Source: Candidatus Poriferihabitaceae bacterium
Lineage (GTDB): Bacteria > Pseudomonadota > Gammaproteobacteria > Arenicellales > Poriferihabitantaceae
Assembly (NCBI GenBank): GCA_965261915.1
Contig: CBDHDW010000013.1
Coordinates: forward strand, 551,663 to 615,662
Length of the DNA stretch: 64,000 nt
Reading direction: 5' to 3'
Of the stretch, positions 27,656 through 37,403 are shown piece by piece. Numbering within the stretch: the first letter of the stretch is position 1; every line of letters begins with the position of its first letter. The notes beneath the pieces are model-generated. The model was not told where the DNA came from, searched no databases, and saw only the letters and a program-made list of their open reading frames with translations. The position numbers and the translations under genes are program-made.

Positions 27656-29491
27656 CTACATGTACAACAAATTCAACATGCCAACAACAACCAGGATAAA
27701 CATGATTGTCATAATACTACCCGCCTTGAGAAAATCTGATACCTGATATCCCCCTGGACCCATAATCAGTGCGTTGACCTGATGCGTTGGAATTAAAAAT
27801 GAGTTAGATGTTGCCAGCGCCACGGTCAGTGCAAAAACAGCCGGATTGGCACCCACTCCAATGGCGATATTAATCGCCAATGGCACCAGTAAAACAGTTG
27901 CTCCCACATTAGACATTACCAGAGTAAATAAAGTCGCCAGAGTTGCCATAACAATCTGCAGTACCCAAATCGGCACATCACCCAGATAATTCAAAATTTC
28001 CTGGGCAATCCATGCCGCTGTGCCGGTATTTTCCACAGCGATGCCCAGTGGAATCAAACTTGCCAGCAGAAAAACACTCTGCCAACCGATAGAGCGGTAT
28101 GCTTCTTCAATGTTTATTACGCCACTGAGGATCATGCCAACCGCACCCGTCATTAGTGCTGTCGACAAACGCATATCGGTAAAAATTACCAAAAATAACG
28201 TCAACAGAAAAAAGCCAGCGGCATATTTCAACTTTTCAGGACGTTCATCCTCCCGTGGAAAATCGGTTACAACAACAAAATCATTGCGTTGATCGGCAAT
28301 GTCACCGAGATTTTCCCACTTTACGTGCAATACCAGCGTATCACCGGACTGCAAGACCACGTCGATAACATCCGTATCGATAACATCATCCGCCCTAAAC
28401 ACCGCCAATACTGTCGCGCCATGCCGGGTACGAATATGCAAATCCCGAATTGACTGGCCAATCATTGAGGAATACGGTGGAATTACCACTTCTGCGATTC
28501 CGGCACTACTAGGGCTCAAGGTTTCCGCGAACACATCCATTTCGTTTTTAATTATCAACGAGTATTCTTCCGCAAAATCGTAGACCGCCTGCCGCCTGCC
28601 CATAATTGCCATTTCGCTTCCCACCACGAACTCGGTATCCCCGCGTGGTGCCACCACAAGGTCATTGCCATTGCGAATTGCGATAATCCACCCCGCTCTA
28701 CCGGCAGCATCCACCTCTGACAGTGTGCGCGCAACCAAGCGACTTTCTCGAGTTACAACGCATTCATAAACCTCCCCTTCGATGCCGTAAACCTCACTGA
28801 AGTATTTCATCATATTGCCCGATTCGCCTGGTTTGTCCTGAATAACAGGTAACACAAAACGCCCCAAAAACACGAAATAGGCAATACCGCTTAACAGCAA
28901 CACGACACCAATCGGTGTGACCGAAAACAATCCAAACAAATCCATTTGCGCCCTTTGCGGATAGGCTTCGTTGGAATTCAAAATTAGATCATTCAGCAAA
29001 ATCAGCGGACTGGAACCAACCATAGTGATAGTACCGCCGAGTATTGCGCAAAAGCCCATTGGCATTAGTAATCTGGAGATAGGCAAATTTCCGCGTCTGG
29101 CGATACGATTCACAACAGGTAAAAATAGAGCAGCCGCACCAATATTTTGAAGAAAGCTCGATACCACCCCCACGACACTGGAGATAATGACAATGATGCG
29201 ACTTTCAGTGCTGCCTCCGTACTTGAGTATCTTATGGGCCAATTGGCCCATGACACCGGTTCTATCGAGACCTGCACCGATAATCATTACTGCAATGATT
29301 GACATCACTGCATTACTTGAATAGCCGCTGAAAAGTTGATCTGCGGGAATTAAGCCGTCGTATCCTGGTACTAATGCGGTCAAACCAATGAGCACCATTA
29401 TAGAAATTGCTGCGACGTCGACACGAACAACTTCGAAGGCAAAAAGAAATATAGTTATTGCAAGAATCCCCAACACAGCTCCCATTTCCAT
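27656..29491 (-). CDS. SLC13/DASS-family permease with two central TrkA-C domains
   Basis: Polytopic N- and C-terminal halves flank a soluble ~160-aa insert with a TrkA-C-like pattern. I prefer the ATG at 29491 (MEMGAVLGILAIT..); the ORF extends to 29602. Confidence 0.7.
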   Translation of the reverse strand: MEMGAVLGILAITIFLFAFEVVRVDVAAISIMVLIGLTALVPGYDGLIPADQLFSGYSSNAVMSIIAVMIIGAGLDRTGVMGQLAHKILKYGGSTESRIIVIISSVVGVVSSFLQNIGAAALFLPVVNRIARRGNLPISRLLMPMGFCAILGGTITMVGSSPLILLNDLILNSNEAYPQRAQMDLFGLFSVTPIGVVLLLSGIAYFVFLGRFVLPVIQDKPGESGNMMKYFSEVYGIEGEVYECVVTRESRLVARTLSEVDAAGRAGWIIAIRNGNDLVVAPRGDTEFVVGSEMAIMGRRQAVYDFAEEYSLIIKNEMDVFAETLSPSSAGIAEVVIPPYSSMIGQSIRDLHIRTRHGATVLAVFRADDVIDTDVIDVVLQSGDTLVLHVKWENLGDIADQRNDFVVVTDFPREDERPEKLKYAAGFFLLTLFLVIFTDMRLSTALMTGAVGMILSGVINIEEAYRSIGWQSVFLLASLIPLGIAVENTGTAAWIAQEILNYLGDVPIWVLQIVMATLATLFTLVMSNVGATVLLVPLAINIAIGVGANPAVFALTVALATSNSFLIPTHQVNALIMGPGGYQVSDFLKAGSIMTIMFILVVVGMLNLLYM

Positions 29492-29837
29492 TGTCAGAGT
29501 GAGCGTTTCGGGCACTAATTTATCCTGCGTTCCTAATAAGGTTGTTAAGTAAAACCGATTTCCCATCGTCGACAATGGCAACCTGTTTCCCGTCTTCGAC
29601 AAGTACAGTGGCTAATTATTTTCTACAATATCTCGCCCTGATTTTTATGATAAATCAAATTATGGTGTACTATTATCTGTTGACCTTTCAGCAGCTCACC
29701 ACCATCTACAGCAGATCCACCACAAGTGTATCATTGTTATTTAATACTATCAGAAATACGCCAGATTTCTGACAAAAATGTATATAATGGATAGACAAGT
29801 GATTTCTATACGGCCGACGGCGTAATACAATCACCGA

Positions 29838-30758
29838 ATGCCGGATCCCGCTTCCAATCAATACGTCGATGCCAACAAATCAACCTGGTACTTAAAACGG
29901 TTTGTTGCTTTTGTCAGGACAATCAGCTTCTTGCCGCTGCCGGTTTTATATGTGGTCGGAACCGTTTTGGGAGAATCAGTCTATTGGCTCTCTCCATCGA
30001 GAAGAGAAATAACCCGAAAAAATCTTGGCGCGTGCTTCCCTGACTGGTCATCTGGCAAGATCAGGAAAATTTCCCGCAGACACTTCCATCACATGGCGAT
30101 CAGCGCTTTTACAATCGCGATCGCATGGTGGGCATCAGACTCCCGTTTAAAACGACTCGTTAACTTCAATAATCGGAATCACTTCGAACACTGCATCAAA
30201 AACAATCAAAACATTATTTTACTTGCGCCACACTTTACTACCCTGGAGTTTCTGGGAATTTCACTCATGGCTGAATTCCAGGTATCGAGCATGTTTCAGC
30301 CTCACAAGAATCGATACGTTAACGATTTCATGAAATCACGTCGAACCCGGTTTGGCTCAGCACTTTTCAGTTACAAAGGCTCAATGACCCCTCTTATAAA
30401 ATCTATCAGGAGCGGCGTGCCGTTTTACTATTTACCGGATCAGGACCCAGGGAAGAAAAAAGGCATTTTTGCGCCCTTTTATGGTATCCCCACAGCAACA
30501 TATCCAGCACTGCCCAAACTGGCTAAACTCGGCAACGCACAAGTCATTCCCTGCATGGCCAGATTAAAACGATTTGGATTTGGATTTGATGTAATCTATG
30601 GGAATCCTCTGGACAATTTTCCAACCGATGATCTCGGTGCTGACGTTACCGCGATGAATCAAGCAATCGAAGCGCTTATCGAACACGCTCCGGAACAGTA
30701 TTTCTGGTCACATAAACGATTTAAAACCAGACCGGATGGCGAACATCCGTTTTATTAG
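29838..30758 (+). CDS. lpxL: Lipid A biosynthesis (Kdo2-lipid IVA) acyltransferase, LpxL/LpxM family
   Basis: 306 aa with an N-terminal anchor, an HFTTLEF (HX4E/D-like) motif, and C-terminal EQYFWSHKRFK typical of the family. Confidence 0.65.
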   Translation: MPDPASNQYVDANKSTWYLKRFVAFVRTISFLPLPVLYVVGTVLGESVYWLSPSRREITRKNLGACFPDWSSGKIRKISRRHFHHMAISAFTIAIAWWASDSRLKRLVNFNNRNHFEHCIKNNQNIILLAPHFTTLEFLGISLMAEFQVSSMFQPHKNRYVNDFMKSRRTRFGSALFSYKGSMTPLIKSIRSGVPFYYLPDQDPGKKKGIFAPFYGIPTATYPALPKLAKLGNAQVIPCMARLKRFGFGFDVIYGNPLDNFPTDDLGADVTAMNQAIEALIEHAPEQYFWSHKRFKTRPDGEHPFY

Positions 30759-30878
30759 TTTGCAGCGCCAACCTGCACCTTTTCTAGCGTGATTTGCATC
30801 TGGATCGAAGCGGTTGTGGTTAAAACCAGACTCTAATATTATCCTCAGATATCAACATTCAAAAATTTATCAACCAAT

Positions 30879-32267
30879 ATGAACAAACCCGTAACCGCAA
30901 AAATTCAAAAGCAGGATAACCAGTTTCTCCATCCGTGGGAAGATATAAAGTCAATTGGTGAAAATACTCGTACCGTAATCTCAAATGCGGATGGTGTTTA
31001 TATCGAAGACTCAGATGGAAACCGGTTGCTGGACGGTCCGGCAGGAATGTGGTGCGTCAATATTGGGCATCGGCGTCAGGACATGGCCGATGTAATCAGT
31101 GGCCAAGTAATGGAGTTAACCTATGTCAGCCCGTGGAGTTTAACCAGCACACCAGCCGCCCAACTCGCTGAAAAGCTTGCTGAAATATCGCCTGGTGATT
31201 TGAATCACGTTTTCTACACCACTGGCGGATCAACGGCTGTGGACTCCGCTTTGAGATTTGCAATGTTTCGTAACAATGTGCTCGGTAAACCAGAGAAAAA
31301 ACATGTCATTTCTCGCACAAATGCCTATCACGGAAGCACCTATTTAGCGGCTTCGGCTTGCGGCAAAACGCAGGATAAAAACTACCTGGACTTTGAAGAC
31401 GAAACATTCCACCATATTTCAGATCCGAATTTACTCAATATGCCTGAGGAGATGAGGGAAGCCGAGTATTGTCAACTCAAAGCCAAAGAACTTGATGAAA
31501 AAATTCTTGAGATTGGAGCAGATAAGGTGGCGGTTTTTATCGCCGAGCCGATCCTGGCTTCAGGCGGTGTAATATTGGCGCCGCAAGGCTACCATGCAGC
31601 ATGTCTTGAGGTTTGTCGAAAACACGATGTAGTTTATATATCTGACGAAGTGGTTACGGCATTCGGTCGACTCGGTCATTTTTTTGCTTCAGAGGATGTA
31701 TTCGGTATCGTTCCGGACATCATTACCTGTGCAAAAGGTATCACTTCCGGTTATGTACCAATGGGCGCTTTTCTGGTCTCCGATGCGCTTCTCCAGTCCA
31801 TCACGGCCGAAGATCCCAGCATTGTGTTTTCCAATGGTTTTACCTATTCCGGGCATCCTGTCGCCTGTGCGTCTGCGATCAAGAATATCGATATCATGGA
31901 ATCCGAAAATATGCTTGAGCACGTACGAGAGGTTGCCCCTTATTTCCAGAAGAAACTAGCTGAACTGAAAGATATTCCCATTGTGAAAGACGTTCGCGGT
32001 ATTGGTCTGATGGCCTGTGTTGAATGCGATTTGAATAGCCATAATTCAAGCGACGCTCTTTATTCAAATGATGAAATTGGCGACCGTATTGACAAACACT
32101 GCCAGGATCTCGGATTACTGGTCCGTCCTCTTGCCAACAAATGTGTCATGTCGCCGCCCTTAATTATTACTAAAGCGCAGATTGATGAGATGGTCGGGAT
32201 ACTGCGATCTGGTATTGAAAATTCGATGGCCGATATTATCGCCGAAGGAGTCTGGAAACCTGAGTAG
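30879..32267 (+). CDS. Class III (omega) aminotransferase, PLP-dependent
   Basis: 462 aa with FLHPW, GGSTAVDSA, DEVVTAFGRLG and CAKGITSGYVPMGA (PLP-lysine region). The substrate cannot be assigned. Confidence 0.8.
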   Translation: MNKPVTAKIQKQDNQFLHPWEDIKSIGENTRTVISNADGVYIEDSDGNRLLDGPAGMWCVNIGHRRQDMADVISGQVMELTYVSPWSLTSTPAAQLAEKLAEISPGDLNHVFYTTGGSTAVDSALRFAMFRNNVLGKPEKKHVISRTNAYHGSTYLAASACGKTQDKNYLDFEDETFHHISDPNLLNMPEEMREAEYCQLKAKELDEKILEIGADKVAVFIAEPILASGGVILAPQGYHAACLEVCRKHDVVYISDEVVTAFGRLGHFFASEDVFGIVPDIITCAKGITSGYVPMGAFLVSDALLQSITAEDPSIVFSNGFTYSGHPVACASAIKNIDIMESENMLEHVREVAPYFQKKLAELKDIPIVKDVRGIGLMACVECDLNSHNSSDALYSNDEIGDRIDKHCQDLGLLVRPLANKCVMSPPLIITKAQIDEMVGILRSGIENSMADIIAEGVWKPE

Positions 32268-32312
32268 ATTAAACGGATTTCGCCTTCTCAATACCAAAAC
32301 ACAACATCAATA

Positions 32313-33488
32313 TTGGCTGCAAACCTACGCCGGCTAATCTGGAAATTCATTTTCCTGTTAGTAACGGGCGTAGCGCCGGTATTTGCTAACTCTCCAATTA
32401 ACTGCTCAGATTACCCCGAGAGACAGATTATCGATGGGTTGCTCAATCTTGAGTTCAAAAAAGCTTACAATGCTGCGAATTTACTTGACTCCGAATCTAC
32501 CCTGATACCCTCACAGTCATTTTATCGTGAATTAATACGGTGGTATGAGGGGGTTGCCAACCTCCGGGACACATCCACACATCTTCAACGGAGTGCGTTG
32601 ACAAATGAGCTCAGCCTGTTGAAGCAGATTTACGAAAACAATCCCACCATCAAAAACCGCTTTGCTCTAAATCTGGCAACCGCCCTTGTTGCTCGAGCTT
32701 TTCTCGCCAATAAACAGGTATCAGCCGCCTACAAGATAGGTCTAAAGGCAATTGAAAATCTTGAGACGGATATACAGGACCCCGCACTAAACACGGAACA
32801 GCGAGCCGCTGGTAAGATGATGATCGGATTGTATTACCTCTACTCAAATTTCATACCTGATCAATTTAGCTGGCTTAAATCGTCAGTTTTGCCAAAAGGG
32901 TCATTTGAAAAGGCAGTCTACTACTTAACAGAGTCGCTGACTCAGTCAGCTATTTTCTCACCTGAAGCTGGCCGAACCTTAGTCGTCGAGCTTCCCTGGC
33001 GCACTCCAGAACACTGCCTATATATAAATCTATCCACATCCCTGTCCGCGACAAATCCTGGAAACACTGATATATCGTTGGTATTTCAAGGACTCGCAAT
33101 CCGCTGCGGATATTTACAGCTTGCGGAAACGGAAAATCTGCGATTATCAAAAATATTAGAGACTAATTCTCCAGCAGGATACGAGAAGCTCGATTACCGA
33201 TTACTTAATCTATTGGCCAAATATCGTCTGAACGCCAATAGAGGCATACAAAATCATCCGTCAGCAAACGATAAATATACCGAATCCTTTCGATTATTTG
33301 CCAATGCGAATGCCTATGATGTTACCAATGAACGAAAAAAGGCAATTCAGTTGTATCGATCACTTTCGATGCCTTCACAACCCAATCGTGGTATTCGAGT
33401 ATCTGCATCGACACGTATAAAAACTCCGTTTGAAGCTCGGGAAACTATTTACAATCAAAGTAGTCCTACCCTGCTCCACTGCTCGTGA
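32313..33488 (+). CDS. Hypothetical secreted protein
   Basis: 391-aa ORF with a TTG start and a signal-peptide-like N-terminus (LIWKFIFLLVTGVAPVFA/NSP). I recognise no family. Its stop overlaps the next start (GTGA). Confidence 0.45.
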   Translation: MAANLRRLIWKFIFLLVTGVAPVFANSPINCSDYPERQIIDGLLNLEFKKAYNAANLLDSESTLIPSQSFYRELIRWYEGVANLRDTSTHLQRSALTNELSLLKQIYENNPTIKNRFALNLATALVARAFLANKQVSAAYKIGLKAIENLETDIQDPALNTEQRAAGKMMIGLYYLYSNFIPDQFSWLKSSVLPKGSFEKAVYYLTESLTQSAIFSPEAGRTLVVELPWRTPEHCLYINLSTSLSATNPGNTDISLVFQGLAIRCGYLQLAETENLRLSKILETNSPAGYEKLDYRLLNLLAKYRLNANRGIQNHPSANDKYTESFRLFANANAYDVTNERKKAIQLYRSLSMPSQPNRGIRVSASTRIKTPFEARETIYNQSSPTLLHCS

Positions 33489-33679
33489 ATGTCACAATGA
33501 TCACCTCAAAGCATATTCTCAATTTAAACCGGCTTACTAAAACCACCATGCTGTTTGGTGGGCCGTATAGTAACTTCCAGGCCGCATCTGCAGTAAAATC
33601 TATAGCCGACAATCTGGAAATACAACCGAATCACGTCATTTGTACTGGTGACCTGGTTGCTTACTGCGGACAACCAGAG

Positions 33680-33805
33680 AAAACGGTGAACCTGATCCGT
33701 GACTGGGGTTGTCATGTCGTTACTGGAAATTGTGAAGAATCTGTTGGCAATGACATGAGCGACTGCGGATGTGGATTCGAAGCCGACTCAGTTTGTGCGA
33801 CACTC
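33680..33805. repeat. 126-bp target-site duplication (left copy) of IS1634-family copy D
   Basis: Identical by eye to 35707..35832; abuts the IS terminus. Confidence 0.85.
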
Positions 33806-35706
33806 CTGACTTCGACGGTCCACCCCACGCAGATCGCCTACAGCCCAGTAAATACGGGGGTCTTCTGTTGAGATCGATTTGTAGTGCCTATCTAAATATT
33901 TGTGTTGGCTTAGGCGATGGCACAGTGTAAGCTCACCCCATGTTTGTTCGCGTTAAATCGACACCCAATAGCCCAAGACAATCGGTTCAGATTGTTTCAT
34001 CTGTGCGCGTCGGCGATAAGGTCAAGCAAAAGATTGTCCGTTATATCGGCATTGCCATGGATGACGATGAGTTAGTGCGATTGAAAGAGCTGGCCGAAGT
34101 CGTCAAGGCGAAGCTTGAAGCCCAACACCAGCCCGGTTTGTTTCCGCCTGAGGCGGTCGCCAAACAAGTTATTGAAGCGAAAGCAGCCAAAGCGTCCAAA
34201 GCCACCTTGAATGTTGACCTGAGGCAGATGGTGGAAGAACAACGTGTGGTGCTGGGCATCCATGAGGTGTATGGCGCGGTCTATCGCCAGTTGTCGTTCG
34301 ATACCCTGTTGTCGCAGAGGCGGTATCGTGCTTCCCATGAAGCCTTGTTCCATTGTGTGATGGCACGCATTGCCAATCCTAAAAGTAAGCGCGGCAGTGT
34401 GCAGCAGCTGGAGCAGGACTTTGGCGTTTCTTTGTCCTTAGAGAAAGTTTATCGGATGATGGATCAGCTTGACGATAACACCATCAGCCGGCTGCAAGCG
34501 ATGACCTGTGAAGGTACGCGATCCTTGTTGCCTGGTGCCCTTGATGTGTTGTTTTTTGATTGTACGACGCTCTATTTTGAGTCTTTCAAGGAAGACGAAT
34601 TAAAACAAAATGGCTACAGCAAGGACTGTCAAGTTAATCAGACACAGGTCAATCAGCCGCAAGTATTGCTGGCTTTGCTGGTCACCCGCGAAGGTCTGCC
34701 GGTCGGCTACGAAGTGTTCCCCGGTGCTACTTTCGAGGGTCATAGCCTGATCAGCGTTTTGAAGACGATGCAAGCTCGCTATGATGTCCGGAAAATGATC
34801 TTTGTCGCTGATAGGGGCATGTTGAATGAAGACAATCTAAGCGCCCTGGATGAGGCGGGCGCTTATTACATTGTCGGAGCGAAACTAAAACAATTACCAA
34901 GTGCACTACAAACCAAAGTATTGGATAAATCAGCTTATCAGGCAGTTGGCAAAGGCGGGTCAAGCGCAGCCGAGCTGACGCACAAGAAGAGACGGCTCAT
35001 TGTCTCGCATTGTCCAAAGCGTGCGGATAAAGATCAACATGACCGACAAAAGGCGGTCGATCGGCTCATCAAGAAAATAGGCAAAAGCCAGAACCCCAAG
35101 GACTTATTAAATAACTACGGCTATAAAAAGTTTCTGATTATCAAAGGAAAAACCAGCCTGAGTATCAACCAGGATAAAATTGATGCCGAAAGCCGTTGGG
35201 ACGGCTTGCATGGGGTGATTACCAATTTGCCCGATACGCCGCACCAAGAAGTGTTATCACACTATCGCGGCTTATGGCAGGTTGAAGAAAGTTTCCGCAT
35301 CACTAAACATGACTTAAAAGTACGCCCTATCTACCACTGGACACCTTCCAGGGTGCGTGCCCACATTGCTATTTCGTTCATGGCTTTTGCCTGCATCAGA
35401 CAGCTAATGTATCGAATCAAGCTACAACACAAAGCCTTATCCCCTGAAGTTATTCGTAATGCCTTGATTCATGTGCAACATAGTGTGTTCAAACACAAGC
35501 GCACCAAACAGCGTTATGTCATGCCTTCTCAAATCAATCCAGAAGCAAAAAAAATCTATGCTGTGATGGGATTAAAAGCGATTACCACAGCTTACCCCCT
35601 GTACTAATTGACATAATCCTTCAATATCTGGGCATTTGTAGTGCCTAGGTATTTTTGTGTTTCCTTATAAATCAATAGTTTATGAATATGAACCGTCGAA
35701 GTCAGG
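33806..35706 (+). mobile_element. IS1634-family insertion sequence, intact copy D (~1.9 kb)
   Basis: Same termini as the other copies (1-nt ambiguity at the left junction). Holds a 555-aa transposase and is flanked by a 126-bp direct repeat. Confidence 0.9.
33940..35607 (+). CDS. IS1634-family DDE transposase
   Basis: 555 aa, paralogous to 827..2485. Confidence 0.85.
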   Translation: MFVRVKSTPNSPRQSVQIVSSVRVGDKVKQKIVRYIGIAMDDDELVRLKELAEVVKAKLEAQHQPGLFPPEAVAKQVIEAKAAKASKATLNVDLRQMVEEQRVVLGIHEVYGAVYRQLSFDTLLSQRRYRASHEALFHCVMARIANPKSKRGSVQQLEQDFGVSLSLEKVYRMMDQLDDNTISRLQAMTCEGTRSLLPGALDVLFFDCTTLYFESFKEDELKQNGYSKDCQVNQTQVNQPQVLLALLVTREGLPVGYEVFPGATFEGHSLISVLKTMQARYDVRKMIFVADRGMLNEDNLSALDEAGAYYIVGAKLKQLPSALQTKVLDKSAYQAVGKGGSSAAELTHKKRRLIVSHCPKRADKDQHDRQKAVDRLIKKIGKSQNPKDLLNNYGYKKFLIIKGKTSLSINQDKIDAESRWDGLHGVITNLPDTPHQEVLSHYRGLWQVEESFRITKHDLKVRPIYHWTPSRVRAHIAISFMAFACIRQLMYRIKLQHKALSPEVIRNALIHVQHSVFKHKRTKQRYVMPSQINPEAKKIYAVMGLKAITTAYPLY

Positions 35707-35832
35707 AAAACGGTGAACCTGATCCGTGACTGGGGTTGTCATGTCGTTACTGGAAATTGTGAAGAATCTGTTGGCAATGACATGAGCGACTGCGGATGTG
35801 GATTCGAAGCCGACTCAGTTTGTGCGACACTC
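35707..35832. repeat. 126-bp target-site duplication (right copy) of IS1634-family copy D
   Basis: Identical to 33680..33805. Confidence 0.85.
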
Positions 35833-36015
35833 TCAATCGACTGGTATCAGCACGCGATTAGATCAGTAAGCGCGGATAATAAAAAGTGGATGGTGTCACT
35901 ACCGACACGGATCGACTTTGAACTAAAAGGTTTATTATTTTCAGTACTGCATGGAAGCCCGATAAATCACAGCGAATTTGTTTTCAAATCGGATGGTGCC
36001 GGCATTAAGCAAAAC

Positions 36016-37403
36016 GTAACTACTCAGCAGGGGTAAATATATTGGGCAGCATGCCATTTAGTAATAACGTTAATGCGGTGGACGCACTAATTCCTTGCTT
36101 TTTGCAGCTCGACAGATAGCTACGAAGCCCAAAAAACATTTTTGCTCCATTCTCACTTCTAAAGCACCCTGATATTTTTTGTTGAACCTTTGCCATCCTC
36201 AGATCATTTTCACCTTGATTATTGGTGAATGGCACCGCTTCATCCGTCATGAATCTGAGTACATCACTTTCATAATTTTGCAGTCGCTCAAGTAGATTAC
36301 GTGATTTAGTTCTTTTCGGCCGACCTCGTTTGCCTTTCACCTGTATCGGCGGTGGACTTTCCTTTTCTCCCGCTTTTAGCATAGCTTGATAGTTAAGTAG
36401 TAGCATGCCTTGTCTTTCAGGGCTAAGTCATCCGCCGGCGTTACCAACCTCCTGATTGAGCTCCAATAAAAACACGCGCATTGTTTCAGCCCAAACTTGG
36501 CCATCCTGTTCGTAAGCACGGATTAATTCACGCAAATGATGCGCATTACATAGCGCATGTAGGCTCTTATAACGATAATAAGGTTTCCAATGGTCGTGAC
36601 ACATTACGCCTTGAAATTGCGGCAATATGCCAATTTCATCCATCGCTTCAGCCCCTCGTTTTTCGTGTACTGACAAATCGGTCCAATCTAGAGAAGAGGC
36701 ATTATGCAACCATTGTCTTTTCCCGTTGATATTGATACCTGTTTCATCTGTATGTAACACTTTTTCTTTCACTAAGTTCGCTTTGATAATCGCTAAAGCT
36801 TGGGTTTCTTCCAAATTTTCATAGGCGGTGTTGATGAAGTTAAAAAGGCTGCCACTACTGAGCGGAATATCAAGCTGATCAGCAAAATATTCTCTAATGC
36901 GACCATAAGGAAGCAATTGGTACTGAGAGAGGTAAACCGCGTGAGCTCGCAATCCCTTGCCATATTGAATACGGCTTTTCACGTCATTGGGGAACTTCGC
37001 AACGAAGCGTTTACCCCTCTCATCTTCGAGTATTTGTGCTCGATATTCAGTAACAACGCGCTTGAACTCAATATCAACAACTTGGCGGATCTCTTCGCCT
37101 TTGTCAGTATAGTTACCTGGCGGTAAAAGCGCTCTATCAACGGGCAATTTATGGGTAATATCTGGCGCAATATCAAGCGGAAGCGTTGTACCTTTTCGCC
37201 CTTTTTGACCACCTGATTTTTTGGTACTATTGGTTTTTAAATTCTTCTTTCTGTTTGGATCTGATGAAGGCGGTTTACTGCTGTTGCTACTATTGAGCCC
37301 GAGTCGTTGACAAAGCAAGGTAACGATAAGTAGCAATAAATCCATAGCGGTGCGCATTGAAGGTGATAGCGTTTTATCCGCTTTAATTTGTGCTTGAATA
37401 TTC
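36016..37403 (-). mobile_element. Second IS66-family element (type 2), truncated at its transposase 5' side by insertion of IS66 type 1 copy 3
   Basis: Terminus GTAACTACTCAGCAGGGG starts at 36016. The same end recurs inverted at 46433. The sequence ends abruptly at the terminus of the neighbouring IS (37404). Confidence 0.8.
36020..37403 (-). pseudogene. IS66-family transposase (type 2), N-terminally truncated and carrying an in-frame TGA
   Basis: ORFs 36428..37489 and 36020..36406 are in the same frame, separated by TGA (36428..36430). Motifs NSSNSSKPPSSDP, HTDETG, CNAHHLRE and PFTNNQGENDLRMAK are present. The ORF-track N-terminus beyond 37403 is read-through into the neighbouring IS. Confidence 0.8.

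Larger units (their letters stand above)
33485..36015 (+). pseudogene. Metallophosphoesterase-family gene, interrupted by an IS1634-family copy and 3'-truncated by an IS66-family end
   Basis: Host parts are 33485..33805 and 35833..36015 (..ICTGDLVAYCG..VVTGNCEES..VLHGSP..). The reading frames run into IS termini (..LTSTVHPTQ.. and ..VTTQQG*). Confidence 0.7.
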
